A DNA stretch of 61,467 bases, counting the filler, from Basidiobolus ranarum (taxonomy: Eukaryota): the NCBI GenBank assembly GCA_040143965.1. It is 14 parts of 14 records of this genome, joined end to end, with 100 filler letters (N's around TTAATTAATTAA, not from the genome) between each part and the next. Parts side by side here need not be neighbours in the genome. Positions count along the whole stretch, not along the records: positions 44,021 to 48,309 come from JASJQH010002028.1; positions 48,410 to 52,696 come from JASJQH010002029.1; positions 52,797 to 57,082 come from JASJQH010002030.1; positions 57,183 to 61,467 come from JASJQH010002031.1; 10 more parts are not named here. One strand, given 5' to 3'. The position numbers and the translations under genes are program-made. The notes below the pieces were generated by a model, which was not told where the DNA came from, made no database searches, and was given only the letters and a program-made list of their open reading frames with translations. Below, piece after piece: positions 46,537 through 59,030 of the stretch. Each line of letters opens with the position of its first letter. Positions within the stretch are counted from its first letter, which is position 1.

Positions 46537-48309
46537 ATGTCCCATAACGCTATGGAGAACAACGTAACGAATGTGATTCCACCTCAAAATGAGTCACAAA
46601 TCCAAATATCACCGAGACCGAAGCAATCTTGGTACAGTTGGTTGATTCTATTCCTCGCTTGCTCCTTCATGCTTGGTCAATATTTTTGGTAAATTGCTCT
46701 AGTCTTTCTACACTACTTTTCTTTCCAATCATATTAATTGATTTCTATCCAAATCCCAGCTATGAAATCCCTGGGGTAAGCTAATCTTGGATACACGACC
46801 GTTACTAACATATATATTTTCATTGATAGCTTACTATCTTACCCCACATAGGTCTTGAGCTCACAATTGCGGGAACACTTAAACGCTAACCCTGAAACCT
46901 GGCAATATCAAGTTAGTGTGTTGTTCATGGTTACTTCTCTGCCTAATGTCATATTTCCAATCTTCGGCGGAATACTTTTGGACAAATACGGATCTTCTGT
47001 TGCGTTGATTTTATTTTCGATTCTTATGTGTATTGGCCAAGCTGTGTTTTCTATTGGTGTTACTACTCGTGCGTTTTGGCTTATGTGTGTAGGTCGATGC
47101 TTCCTCGGGATTGGTTGCGGTAGTTTAGAGATTGTTCAAGGGAAAGTCACTACCGACTGGTTCCGTGGATCTTTACTTGCCTTTGCCCTGGCTTTGAATC
47201 TCACTGTCGGACGATGGGGTTCAGCAGCTGATGCTCTGCTCTCTCCTTGGATCTGCAAACTCACTGATGTTATAACAGTGAGTTGGATTGGATTCCTCGT
47301 TTGCTTATTTTCTGGCTTATGTGCGTTGATGTTGATCCGACTCGATACTCCTCTGGCTCGACAGAAAGCTGGTGTTCCCTTGGAAGCCTGTAGTGGAGGA
47401 GAGGAGGAAGTTTCCGTAAAGGATATTCTTAAACTTCGACTTTCTTTCTGGCTGATATGTTTACTTATTATCGCTCTCTATGGTTAGTAATTATTTATTA
47501 AATTAATCCAGATTTGAATCCTATTCTAATAGCGGTTTTTTGATAATCAGGTTCTGTACAGCCTTTCCTGTATGTCTCATCTGATTTCCTACAATACAAG
47601 TGGTATCCTGGGGATTCTCAGAGAGCTGGTGCCAGTAAGTGGAATATGTTTTATTATGTAGAAGCTTCTAATGGTGATATTAATTTTGAGCTTCATTCTA
47701 GTCATGTCCATTCCAAACATTATCTCGTCTATTGGTTCACCACTTTGCGGTTTGCTTGTAGATCGTATCGGCTACCACGGTCCTATTATGACTCTTAGCG
47801 CAGCAATGATCGTGGGTGTACATACTCTTCTGGGACTCACCGATATCACGCCAGTTCTCGGATACACAGTTCTGGGAATTGCTTACTCTTTATTTGCATC
47901 TGCGGTTTGGCCTTGCATTCCATGCATCGTTAATGAGAAGCAGCTGGGCACGGCATCGGGTATCGCAGGAATATTCTTTAATCTTTCTATATCCGGTGGT
48001 CCTCTCATTGTGGGCCAGATTCAAGTCATCACACATAGCTACACAGCTATGGAGATGTTTTTCCTTACACTAGCACTTGTCGGATTTATTGGTGGATTGA
48101 CGCTTAATCTTTTATCGTACAGCCAATCTAACAAGTCTGAGGATGAGGATATACTTGACAACAACTCGACACTTAATGAAGTAGCGAGCGCCAGAGCTTG
48201 CTCAATCGAGATGCTTTGGATAAAAGCTATTCGAAGTAGACAGCCGTACGCTTCCTCCCCCCCTGGCCGGAGGAGGAAGCACGGGGAGAGGGGGAGGCCG
48301 AGATTTGGG
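46537..48309 (+). CDS. MFSD1-like major facilitator transporter; exons 46537-46688, 46760-46775, 46852-47482, 47551-47634, 47702-end; 3' end uncertain
   Basis: GQYFC|YEIPG|VL, SLPNVIFPIFGGILLDKYG, GRCFLGIG, WFRGSLLAFA, GLLVDRIG, YSLFASAVWPCIP...LGTA. Includes a 16-nt microexon. Confidence 0.9.
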
Positions 48310-48409
48310 NNNNNNNNNNNNNNNNNNNNNNNNNNNNNNNNNNNNNNNNNNNNTTAATTAATTAANNNNNNNNNNNNNNNNNNNNNNNNNNNNNNNNNNN
48401 NNNNNNNNN

Positions 48410-48750
48410 TATTGCAAGGTGAAACATAATATACTGTATAGGGAATATACTGTGGCAAGCTCAAGAGTTGGGGTGTTAGGGACCCAACAACCAATACAAA
48501 GAGGGATGATGTAAGGATGATCAGGTGACCTTCCATGGAAGGTCTTGGCAGAAATACACTATGTGTGGGATGACACAATTGGTTAGGTTTCATCAAATGT
48601 TCCAAAGAACATGACTTCCATATAAGTTAATCTGGACAAACTAACAGAAGATTGCCAAGAACAGATGGCACAGCAGATATGATGCCATAATCTAATAATA
48701 GAGGATTTCAATTTGTAGCGGATCAGTATGCCAAGATCAGAATCATGACA
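48410..48750 (-). mobile_element. LTR-like family C (about 340 bp)
   Basis: Minus strand TGTCATGATTCTG...TGCAATA. Near-colinear with 52968-53308. Confidence 0.8.
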
Positions 48751-48779
48751 GTTTAACTTGTAGCCAACACAAGTATGTA

Positions 48780-49295
48780 TCACTATCTCCATCAAAACCC
48801 ACCATTGTATTAACATTGCTGAATCAATATTTTTCCAGCTATCTGACAGATACCCTGCAATATTGTGCTACTCTGTACTTATTTCTTCCTAGATATCTGC
48901 ATTGTCAAGACCACACTGAATGTCAATTTCAATATTGATCTTCTGAAACCACTTTTTGCATACTTGCACTGTGTTTTTCCCTTCATACTTTTGAAACTAC
49001 TCCTCAAGTACTACTACTCTGGACAGATAGATCTTCATAATAGTCTGAAGAATTTGCTAAGTGGGGCAGTAGAGCCTAAACTAACTGGCTCCTTTGCTTT
49101 TCCCATGGGTATACTAACTTACTGCTCATTGAGTACTTCTTTAGCTGCTTTTCTTTTGTTTCCAAGTCAATAATTACATACATTTTTGAGATGTTTCATG
49201 AATGGGCCTACACTAGCCCAATTGCTATTTGCTGGCAAAAGCATAGGATAAGCCACATGAAATAAGTCAAGTACCTTCAGAGTAATGCCTGATTT
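48780..49295 (-). mobile_element. Third, internally deleted copy of the unclassified repeated ORF element
   Basis: Matches 2950-3170, then jumps to 3490-3720. Confidence 0.75.
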
Positions 49296-50780
49296 TTAAT
49301 AAACCAAAATGGCCTTCCATTACCAGAAACAACTGCTAAATCATCTGATGACTCATCTGTGATACCAACTCACAATCAGCCAATGATATTGATGATATAT
49401 ACCTAAATTTACACCCTTGCTTAGGAGATGTTCTATTTTCTACAATATCCTTCCCATGCCGCATCACCAACATTTAAAGATGTCTTGCTTTTATTGCACA
49501 GGTTCTTGTGCTATCAAAGCTTGAGGCTTCATAGAAAAAAATCACAAGCACAGTCACTGTAAAAAGTCAATGGCTGCACAAAGCCTGGTCAATATCAACA
49601 GTAATATGTGCACAAAATCTACTTTGGTTTTGCCCACTGAGTCTATTAGCTGTGCTTTGCCTCAAACTTTTGATAACACTGCCAAAAGTCATGAGACTGA
49701 GAAATGACCACAGTTATATGACAAGAATGATGTATGCTGAAATCCAATTTTGGTTGAACCAGTAAGTCTAGACAACTTTGAGGACTTGTTGCAAAATATT
49801 CACCTTGGTTATTCCAGTACTGATGGTAGTATATCAGTAATTGAAGAAGAACATGATGGTTTTGTTAAAGACTCTTTGTTATTGGCAGGCTTTTATCCAC
49901 TCATAACACCTACAGTAAAGGTAGCATGTTTGATTATTGAGGAGAGGAGAGTTCAAGCCAATCTTAGCAACCAGGCATTTATTGGTTTTCTTACACTTCT
50001 ACCACATTTGATAGGCCACTCTTGGTTGCCACAGACCTGGTACAAGTGGAAAACACTTGTCAATCATATGACTTATAATACTTCAGTAATTGAACTAACT
50101 ATATGTCCTAAAGGTTATTTGGCTTTCAATGGTGATCTGAAAAACCTGAAGTCATGTACTGTTTGCACACAACTGGCAATCACTGAGTCCTGTAGATATT
50201 GCTCCTGTTAGGCTTATGTACCATTGATTTCCAGTCTCAAAGTTTTGATGAAAACACTAAAATATAGATTGTTAATCCAATACCAAAGTACTCACTGTAA
50301 AGCTGATGGTATTGCCAACTTACTTGATGGATATCACTACCAGAATCTGAAAAGTCAAGGTTTCTTTGAGAACACCTACAGTCATGAATGGCATAGGCAC
50401 TAGATGGCTTCTCACCAAGCAAATATACTGTTGGAAAGGCTTGCTGGCCAATACTTTTAAATACTTTACAACTTCCTTTTTCTGAATGGTATAAGAGTCA
50501 TAATACATTGATACTGTCCATCATTTCTGGTTCTAAATGACCAGTGCTTATAGATAGCTTATTGGAGCCTTTGAATGTTGAATATGGATGATTATCTGAT
50601 AGGGTACAGAGGGGTGAATAATTTTTTAAAGCTAATATCATTATATGTGTTGGTGACACTCCTGCCATCAGTAAACTTGGAGTTTTACATGGACACAATG
50701 GACTCTCTGGCTGTATATTTTGTCAAATCAATGGAGTTTTCTCTGTTAGGTATTTACATTTGCATGTATCCAAAGTCTGT
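49296..50780 (+). mobile_element. CACTA/EnSpm (Tnp2-like) transposase remnant
   Basis: ICPKGYLAFNGDLKNLKSCTVC, YVPLISSL, GDTPAISKLGVLHGHNGLSGCIFC. Stops and frameshifts. Confidence 0.82.
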
Positions 50781-50789
50781 AAACTAATT

Positions 50790-52590
50790 CCTTGACCATA
50801 TAGCTTCTTGTGTAGTAGCAGAGGCAGCCATATACTCTACTTCTGTAGTGGTAATTGCAGTGGTTAGTTGCTTGTTACAATTCCAAGTTAATGCTCCATT
50901 ACCATAGACAAAGGTGTGCCCAGTTATCAATCTTCTATCATCAAGGTTTCTTTCCTAGCCTATGTCACTATAGCCTTCAATATTTTGTGCATCAGGAGTG
51001 GCAGAGTATTCCAGAACTAGATCCACAGTTCCTGTCAAATACCTGAATATTTGTTTAACCGCAGTTCTGTGCTCAGATCATGGAATTTTGAGATATTGGC
51101 TGACAGTTCGCACCACCACAGCAATATCTAGACATGTTCCAAAAATTGTATACATTCAACTACACACCATGGATTGATAAGGGAGCTTCTAGCTTTGATT
51201 TGAGTCATTTCAAGCCAAATTGGATGAAATTTGGATTAATTTCATATTGAGATCTATTGATGTTGATACTGGCTTGTTATTCTCCACATTGAAGTATTTT
51301 AGGATATCTAGGATGTATTTGGACTGATTCAGCATGATTGTCTGATTGTGTTTATCTCTCTTGATTTGGATTCCAAGAAAATAACTTAATCACCCATAGC
51401 AGTCATATGAAATTGGTTTGATAAGCTGCTTTTTCTCAAACTAATTGTTTCTAGATTATTTGTAACTATGATCAAGTCATCCACATATAGTGCCAAGATA
51501 AGGATCCTATTTCCAGCTAAAAGAGCGCCCCCACTGATTAGTTAGTGGGGGTTTGGGGAGAAGTGGGGGCGGGGGGGATGGAGGAGGAAAAAGAATTGAT
51601 AACTTGGGTAAACTTATCTTTATCTAGGCCCCGAAGGGGGATAGTTTTCAATTCATTTTGCCGCCCGTAGGGATCAGGATAATTTCCTGTTGATCCCCCC
51701 ACTTTCAATTTGCGGGGGGGCCAAAGTTTTTAAGATTTCAGAATTAAACTCCTTATTTAAGGGGCGCTCGTTGAATGAATCAGTGACTCCCCCATCTTTT
51801 AATGGCCCCCCACCTGTTTCTCCTAGGTTAGAAAGGCTTTTTTACATCAATTTAATGTAAATCAAAGTTATGAGCAGTGGAGAGTGCCTGGATTGATTTC
51901 ATCAAGCCAAACTTAGCTATTGGACTAAAAGTTTCATCAGAATAAACTCCAGGTGTCTGGTAATAATCTTTTGCAGCTAATCTTGCTTTGTACCTTTCTA
52001 TGGTTCCATCAGCTTGGTTTTTGACTTTTTAACACATTAGAACCTATTGGGTTTCTCCCAGATGGTAGAGGACTTAAAACCCACATTTCATTGTCCTGGG
52101 GTAGAGTAAACTCATCAGACATTGCTTTTTCCCATAATTTGGATTCTGCACACTCCACAGCTAGATCTAGAGTCAGTGGCTCATCACAGAATGTTGCATT
52201 AACATGTAAATCCTCACTGGAAGAGTTCCACCTGTTTCCTGGCTTTTTTCTCCTACTGGATGAACTTCTGGGTCCTGAATCTTTTTGATCCATATAGGGC
52301 TTCAAATGGAGTACAATGTTTGGCAATCTTGTTAGGCATCTGTTTAAAATCCAGACTACAGTCAAGACAGACACAGCCCAATAGTTGTGATCTAACTTTT
52401 GATGATGTAACATTGATCTTGCCATATCCACTATGGTCCTATTAGCATGTCCTGCAACTCCATTTTGCTATGGAGTATAAGATACAGTATATTGTAGCTG
52501 AACCTGAAGTTTAGAGCCAGAATGAGCCAAGTCTTTAGAGCAGTATTCTCCACCATCATCACACCTTAGCACCCTTTTTTTTTGCTGATT
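50790..52590 (-). mobile_element. Ty1/copia integrase-RT-RNase H remnant with internal deletions
   Basis: LRCDDGGEY, P*QNGVA, WEKAMSDE, YKARLAAK, LALYVDD, KQLTTAITTTEVEYMA. Confidence 0.92.
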
Positions 52591-52967
52591 CGTCCCCAAG
52601 AACCCATAAAAAATTGGGAACTAGAGTAACTGTCTTCTCTGACAAGAGAATTCTGTCTATTTTGTAGTTGACTAGACTGACGTAACGAACCATAAGNNNN
52701 NNNNNNNNNNNNNNNNNNNNNNNNNNNNNNNNNNNNNNNNTTAATTAATTAANNNNNNNNNNNNNNNNNNNNNNNNNNNNNNNNNNNNNNNNNNNNTAAA
52801 ATTATGATGGTTTTCCTACAATAACAAGTCTCAAATTTCTGTTAGGGACTTGGGTGTAGACCACTAGACAAGACTGGATAGGGAAGATACTATGGCAGGA
52901 ATCTTTATTGATAACTGGCATTGATCAGACTGAGGTCTAATTAAGGAATACATGGGGCTTATATAAA

Positions 52968-53308
52968 TATTGCAGGGTGGAACATAGTATACTGAATAAG
53001 GAATATACTGTGGCAACTTCAAGTGTTGGGGTTTGGGGACTACAAGGACCAATACAAAGAGGGATGATGTAAGGATGATCAGGTGACCTTTCATGGAAGG
53101 TCTTGGTGGAAATACACTTTGTATGGGATGACATGATTGGTTAGGTTTCATGGAATGTTCCAAAGAACATGACTTCCATATATGGTAACATAGATGAACT
53201 AACACAAGATTGCCAAGAAGGGATGGCACAGAAGATATGATGTTGTAATCTAAGAACAGAAGAGTTCTATTTGGAGTGGATCAGTATGCCAAGATCATAA
53301 TCATGACA
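52968..53308 (-). mobile_element. LTR-like family C copy
   Basis: Homologous to 48410-48750 and 39139-39308. Confidence 0.8.
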
Positions 53309-53539
53309 CACTGCTAGTTTAGTTTTTCTTGAAAGTTTTCTTCATTGGCTATTTGAGATGGAAGTATTACAAGTTTCCACAAAAATGCAAAACCGGCTAG
53401 TTCTGCTTGCCAACTTATTGTAGAAGTGAAAAAATTCTAATCAGCTTTGGAATACTTATTGTTATTTCAAAGCCAAGACTATTGATAGTTGCTTTTGATT
53501 TACTTGTGGTTGCACTATTTGTGTTGGCAGTACAGTAAA

Positions 53540-55800
53540 AATCTATATTTCACAAATGCCAAGAGTGCTTGATCCTAACCGGCAAGTGTGACTTAGCATG
53601 TAAACTTCCTTGGGCTGACTGGCAGGGTTGAATTCTCTTTTTTGACCAAGGTATTGTATATTGTTTCTTTAGCTCTCTGGTTGGAGTATTTATGATTGCA
53701 GGAATAGGATTCTTGGCAGAGGTAGTGTAGCTTCCCATATAGGCTGAGGAGCTATTACCTGTTGTGACTCACTTGAAGGACAGGTTTAAAGCTCTGTCTC
53801 ACCTTGGATTAGACTGCTACTACTCTTGCAAACCAGTTATAGGCTTCTTACAGCAACCAATTACTGCCCATCCACCATTGGTACTGAAAAACTTTGATAA
53901 AGAAAACAAAAATGACATATGTAACTCCTGGCCTCAGCTCTTGCCAGCTTTTTTGGCATTCAATTCTACCACTGGCAATTGCTGCCTTGATATCTGCAAT
54001 GCTACCTCTGGCAAGACTCTGTATTACTTCCTTGATATCTGCATATTTGTGACCTAAACATTCAACCTTATCCTCTGTTTTTGGCATTTTAGATTTATTT
54101 TTTTTTGAATGAGTTGTCTTCCTTTGTTTCTGCATGCTTTTGCTGTTTATTTCAGTGGTTAGATATATCCATTGTTGTTTTCTTCAGTCAAATGTTTCAA
54201 ATGTACCAGAATCAATGGAAGTGGTAATGGCTCAAAGTTTGTCAAAAACTCTACAAATGGTCCCATGTAATCTGTTACTACTGCCAATGTATTAGCCTTA
54301 TATATCACTCTGGCATGTTCAGTATTTAATCCATCTACTGTAAATCTGTTATAGTGTGGATAACCTATACATATATGCAGATATTGCTGACAGCCGTGAG
54401 GCTGACTAACTCCTGTAAGTCCTACTGGTCCTGGAGCAAGTGAGAGTGTTTAAGACATTCAATTAGCAATCAAAGGGTGAAAGCTTACATCCAACATAGG
54501 CAGTTGAAATTTTGATTGGTTTCTGCCAATTCAACAAAAGCCTGTCACAAGGTGTCAATTACTACAGTTTTTGATCAAGCAAAAGGTCTTAGCATGGTAT
54601 TCCATGTATAAGCAGCCATTATTAATAAACCATGCTGTCCTAACAGCTGCATGGCTTTCACCTATTATATGAAGCACATGGACTAGTTTTGCAGTTGTAA
54701 CAAGGTTGCAATCTTACCCTCTTATAAGCATCCCTTATATTCTGCTTGCATACAAGTGATACCCCATTCAAAGATCCCACTGAAGTTGCTCAAATATTTT
54801 CTGACATAGACTGATATCAAATAATGGATGGTGGTTCTGATATAATTTATATGCTTCACTATGAGGAACTCTGTAGCAATGGTTTTAGCCAGATATACCT
54901 TAATCAAGCATTTGCCATCGCACTTGATGGTTTTATTTTGAATAAATGTATTGCAGGCAAAGCCTGTTGGCTAATAATTCTGCTCAATTTCAATCTTCTG
55001 CCAACTCAGTGCCTTAAGAAGTCAAAATAGCATTTTGCTCTCAGTTATTGTTCCAGTGCTATATCTAAGAGATACTCTCCAAATATACTCTGGGGCATTG
55101 GGAACTTGTTGAAGATATTGCCAATATCTCTTTCAGAAATTCTTTAACCTTTGTTGACTTTGTGATGAAAGTACAGGTTGTGTAATAGCTACTGCATTCA
55201 TTAAACTTCCAACAGCTGCAATATATGGCAAATCATTATTTATTGTATTTGCTTGGTAATTTAGGGATGTATTTAGTAAGAGAGCTTAACATTCATATTT
55301 ATAGAGGCAGGTGGAGTTTTGAAATCTAGTATGCTAAATTAACCAAGGATAATCCATATGTAAGTTCTCAAGTTATCAAGCCAGTCTTTGTGGCCCTGTT
55401 TTAAGTAACTTGAACTCCCAAAAATGTTGAGGTGCCATGCAATCTGTGATCTTAAGTTGGACAAAGAGCTCCTTAGTGATGGCTTCTATGATCTGCAGTT
55501 TTCTTGATAGCAGTATGTATTCACCTTTCTACACGGAGAAGATTAGACTATACTCTTGCATGTATCATTCATATGTTCTTTCAAAAGCTTTGCTACCAGT
55601 GTAATTTTGACTTATCCAGAATAAATCAATCTTATGCTTAGTCTAAGAGTGGAAAGCAGGATTCAGTAATAGTTTTCAGTTTTTTCAGATAGCATAAGAT
55701 TCTATTAACAGCAGTCTAGTGTGTTGTTCCAAGATAAGACATATCTTGATTCTCATCACTCACCACACAACTGAGTTCAAGTCTGGTTACAAGCAGCACA
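53540..55800 (-). mobile_element. CpG-depleted degenerate coding-like sequence, unclassified element
   Basis: Stop-interrupted minus-strand frames, including SWQEL...FQYQWWMGSNWLL. Very few CpG. Confidence 0.4.
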
Positions 55801-55875
55801 ATGAAAGTTTTCATGTTCTGTTTTGAGTGAGTTCATATCAATGACACGATCTAATTTTAATGAAATCTATCATCC

Positions 55876-57082
55876 TGTTGAAATTAGATAAATAGTAACT
55901 AATTATCTGGTAGTTAGTTTAGTCATATTCTGATTATTTAGCACTAAATTCTGCCATTAAAAAACATCTGTTTATTGATCTATTTAATAGACATATCAAT
56001 TAGATCACTTCTCCAATTTTCACTATCTGCTCAAAACCTCTCCAAATCATCCCAAATTTTCACCCATGCTTGACAGGCATGTTTTTGATGATCTAAGGAC
56101 ATCCAATAGTCCTATTTCATAGTAAACTATATATAGGATATATTTAATTCAAAAAAACTTAAGTGTCTAATTCACAATTTCAAACCTTATCCAAAACAGT
56201 TCCAAAGTCCCTAAGTACCTTTATCACATCCCACATTGCTCAAGGAGCTCCTTCCCAATAGCTTAAAATCATAGTTGATTGCTCAATGCATAATTTGATC
56301 ATCTATATGCAGGCAAATGCTCATGCTTTAGTTTTGCATGCTGAATGTATAGTTTCCTTGTGATGTTTTGCTAGACCAAAATGCTATGTTGATATTAATA
56401 AGTGAATCTTCTTATTTCAGCTTCTTTTTGCTAGCTTCAATCCATGTAGAGATATCTTCAAGAACCGGACTAGTTCAGATGGCTTCTCATGCTCAGGAGG
56501 CTGATCTCTTCTTCCAAGTCACTATTCAGGAGTGCTTACTTTGCATCCTGTGATGTATATATTGGACTTCTTGGCTTGAGAATGTTAGTGCTGACGTTAA
56601 CAACATATTTGTTGCAGTCATGGCATAGATTTCATTGGATACTATGGCCATAACTTATGAAGATATTTGAGCAACAAGTCTTCCATTGTATTGGTTTGGT
56701 ACACCATTAGCATTTTTCTTTATATCAGAAACCCATCCTCATCTAACAGCTTTTTACCCAGCTAGAAATTTCCCTAAGTCCCATTTTCCATTTATCGTCA
56801 TTGATTTGTATTCTTCATTGGTGGCCCTCTTCCAGAGTTACTTATCTTCATTTTCAGGGGCTTGAAGTATTGATTCAGGTTCACTAGTAGGCACATTCAC
56901 TTGGCCATTTATATTCTGCTATCAATTAGTACAAGGTTTCTAAAAGTAATGAGACTATCTTGAGGTATTGGTATTTTCATGGACTTCACCCAATACTTGT
57001 TGAAATTAGGTAAATAGCAACTCATTATTTAGTAGTTAGTTTATTCATATTCTGATTATTTAGCACTCAATTCTGTTATTCA
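55876..57082. mobile_element. Two starts of another LTR family (55876, 56998) flanking a minus-strand copia RT fragment (about 56560-56830)
   Basis: TGTTGAAATTAG.TAAATAG.AACT.ATTAT occurs twice. RT fragment reads NGKWDL..GWVSDIKKNANG..YNGRLVAQ. Confidence 0.7.
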
Positions 57083-57182
57083 NNNNNNNNNNNNNNNNNN
57101 NNNNNNNNNNNNNNNNNNNNNNNNNNTTAATTAATTAANNNNNNNNNNNNNNNNNNNNNNNNNNNNNNNNNNNNNNNNNNNN

Positions 57183-57282
57183 CTATAAATGTCAACTTTT
57201 TACTCAATAAATCAATAAGTGAAAGCCACCAATTCCTCTAATTCTCCAAACCACTTCCAACAGGCTCCCAAATACTTTAACA
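57183..57282 (+). mobile_element. LTR-B 3' end
   Basis: ...CCACTTCCAACAGGCTCCCAAATACTTTAACA. Confidence 0.9.
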
Positions 57283-57365
57283 CCTACTTGAGCTATAACT
57301 ACACAAAAAACTAATCGATATGTATTGGGTTCAAATGTAAAGATTTAATAAATGTTTAACGCGAC

Positions 57366-57887
57366 TTAAAGTTTGTTATCTCCGTCTTGGAACTTCAAAC
57401 TAACACTATTTACACAGTGACGCTCATCAGTAGGAGTGGGAAATCCTTCCCCCTTAAATACGTGACCAAGATGGCCTCCACAAGCTTTGCAAACAATCTC
57501 AATACGAGTTCTACCAAAGGAGAGATCTTCGTGTCTCTCAATTGCTCCTGTAAATGAGCTATGTTAGTAACTGTTCACCTAATACAGGAGGTGTCCATAT
57601 ATGTTTTACCTGGGATTGCGTCAAAGAAAGCTGGCCAACCACATCCTGATTTGAACTTGGTGTCGGACTTGTAGAGAGGAGCATTACAGCCAGCACAACA
57701 GTAAACACCTATTTAGATAAATAGTTAATGTAAAGGAAGCTGATGAGAGAACAGTTGGTAATGGTATACCTGACTCGGTGTGTTTATCATATTCCCCGGT
57801 AAAAGGAGGTTCAGTACCCTTTTCTCTTAGGACACGGAATTGTTCTGGTGACAAAACGGCTCTCCATTCTTCTTCTGACTGTGACAT
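57366..57887 (-). CDS. msrB: Methionine-R-sulfoxide reductase MsrB; exons 57887-57770, 57708-57610, 57547-57366
   Basis: [51 protein letters not shown]. Both introns splice in frame. Confidence 0.96.
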
Positions 57888-59030
57888 GTTGTTAAGCTGA
57901 TTAACAATTAATAGGCTTCGATTAGGGCCATCTACATCTCTTTATAAACACAACTCCTCGTATACCAAGATGGCGTCACTCTCGGGGCTTGGTAATTACC
58001 AAATAAAGTGATTTTCGATTTCTAATCAAACCTCCTCTTTATTGGTCAGAAATATGCTAGTATTTGTCATGAGAGGCGATTGTGATAAATCTTGGGACAA
58101 AAGTGGCATTAATCAACCATTGATTAGGTACATTTGCTACAAAAATATGATGTGTATTACTCGGCTTCGTGTTGGGTAATGCGATTGAATGTCGCAATCG
58201 AGGAATTTATTATCCAAAGCTTCGATATCCGATACATATGTATTATTCATTATAATGGCCATTGTATTGTAAAGTTCACGAGAATAAGCCGGGATCAAAA
58301 TGCAAAGGTCCATGCAGCTGCTGTACTAATTGAGTCCAGTGTAAACCTTTTAGAAGAAGGCTGCTAGGCTTCTCCGTGGGCATTGTCGCTGTCTTGAAGA
58401 GTAATGCATTCACTCCATAGCACTCAACATATATCATCCAGTTGTGCTGTTATTGTTTTGATAGAAGAAAGTAAAAAATACAACAACACATAGCGTATCA
58501 GTAGGCTACGATGATTATGATTAACTACTTGCATAACACATCTTACTACGGTTGGAAATTAAATTCGATATCACTTTTTAAGATAATAATTTACTGAAAA
58601 AGCGAAACATCTCGCTCATGAGGGACGTCCAAAGAACGACAAGTGAGATGTATTATAATTCAGCGAAAATTCTCGGTCCGCGCCATTTACAAGCAAATCA
58701 TAGATGCAAAGGTCAGCTTATGGTAAGCGGATCTTTAATGTAAGTAAGGTACCAAATTGAAATCGTTTGCAGTTTTGTTGATTTCGGAGTGATTTTGAAA
58801 CTTATGGGATTAAAATAGTTTCGCAGGCCAAAGAGAAATTTGTAAAAATGAAAGGTAGATTTTTATGAAACGCTTTGATGAAAGAAACTTACATATATTG
58901 CTGTGCTTTAGAGAAAATTAAAACAGTGGATTAATATTACAATGTATGTTTACCAGCAAGTATTGATGTTGGCAATACAAATCACTCAATTATATTTATC
59001 AAGAGTTGAGGATTGCCAGGCTTTCGTTAA

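Noticed and set aside
48245-48309. GC-rich basic tail of the MFS transporter (PPGRRRKHGERGRPRFG)
   Set aside because: Abrupt compositional shift at the contig end; likely sequencing artefact.
51520-51840. G/C-run-rich, CpG-containing island inside the copia RT
   Set aside because: It replaces the expected RT segment between IDVK and LYVDD with homopolymer-rich sequence of similar length, most likely merged low-quality read tails.
4312-57182. Regularly spaced TTAATTAATTAA palindromes and roughly 4.4-kb periodicity
   Set aside because: These are synthetic linkers between size-sorted contigs. ORFs running into them and gene neighbourhoods across them are artefacts.
57410-57425. MsrB as a possible selenoprotein
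   Set aside because: The catalytic codon in RHCVNS is TGT (Cys), not TGA.
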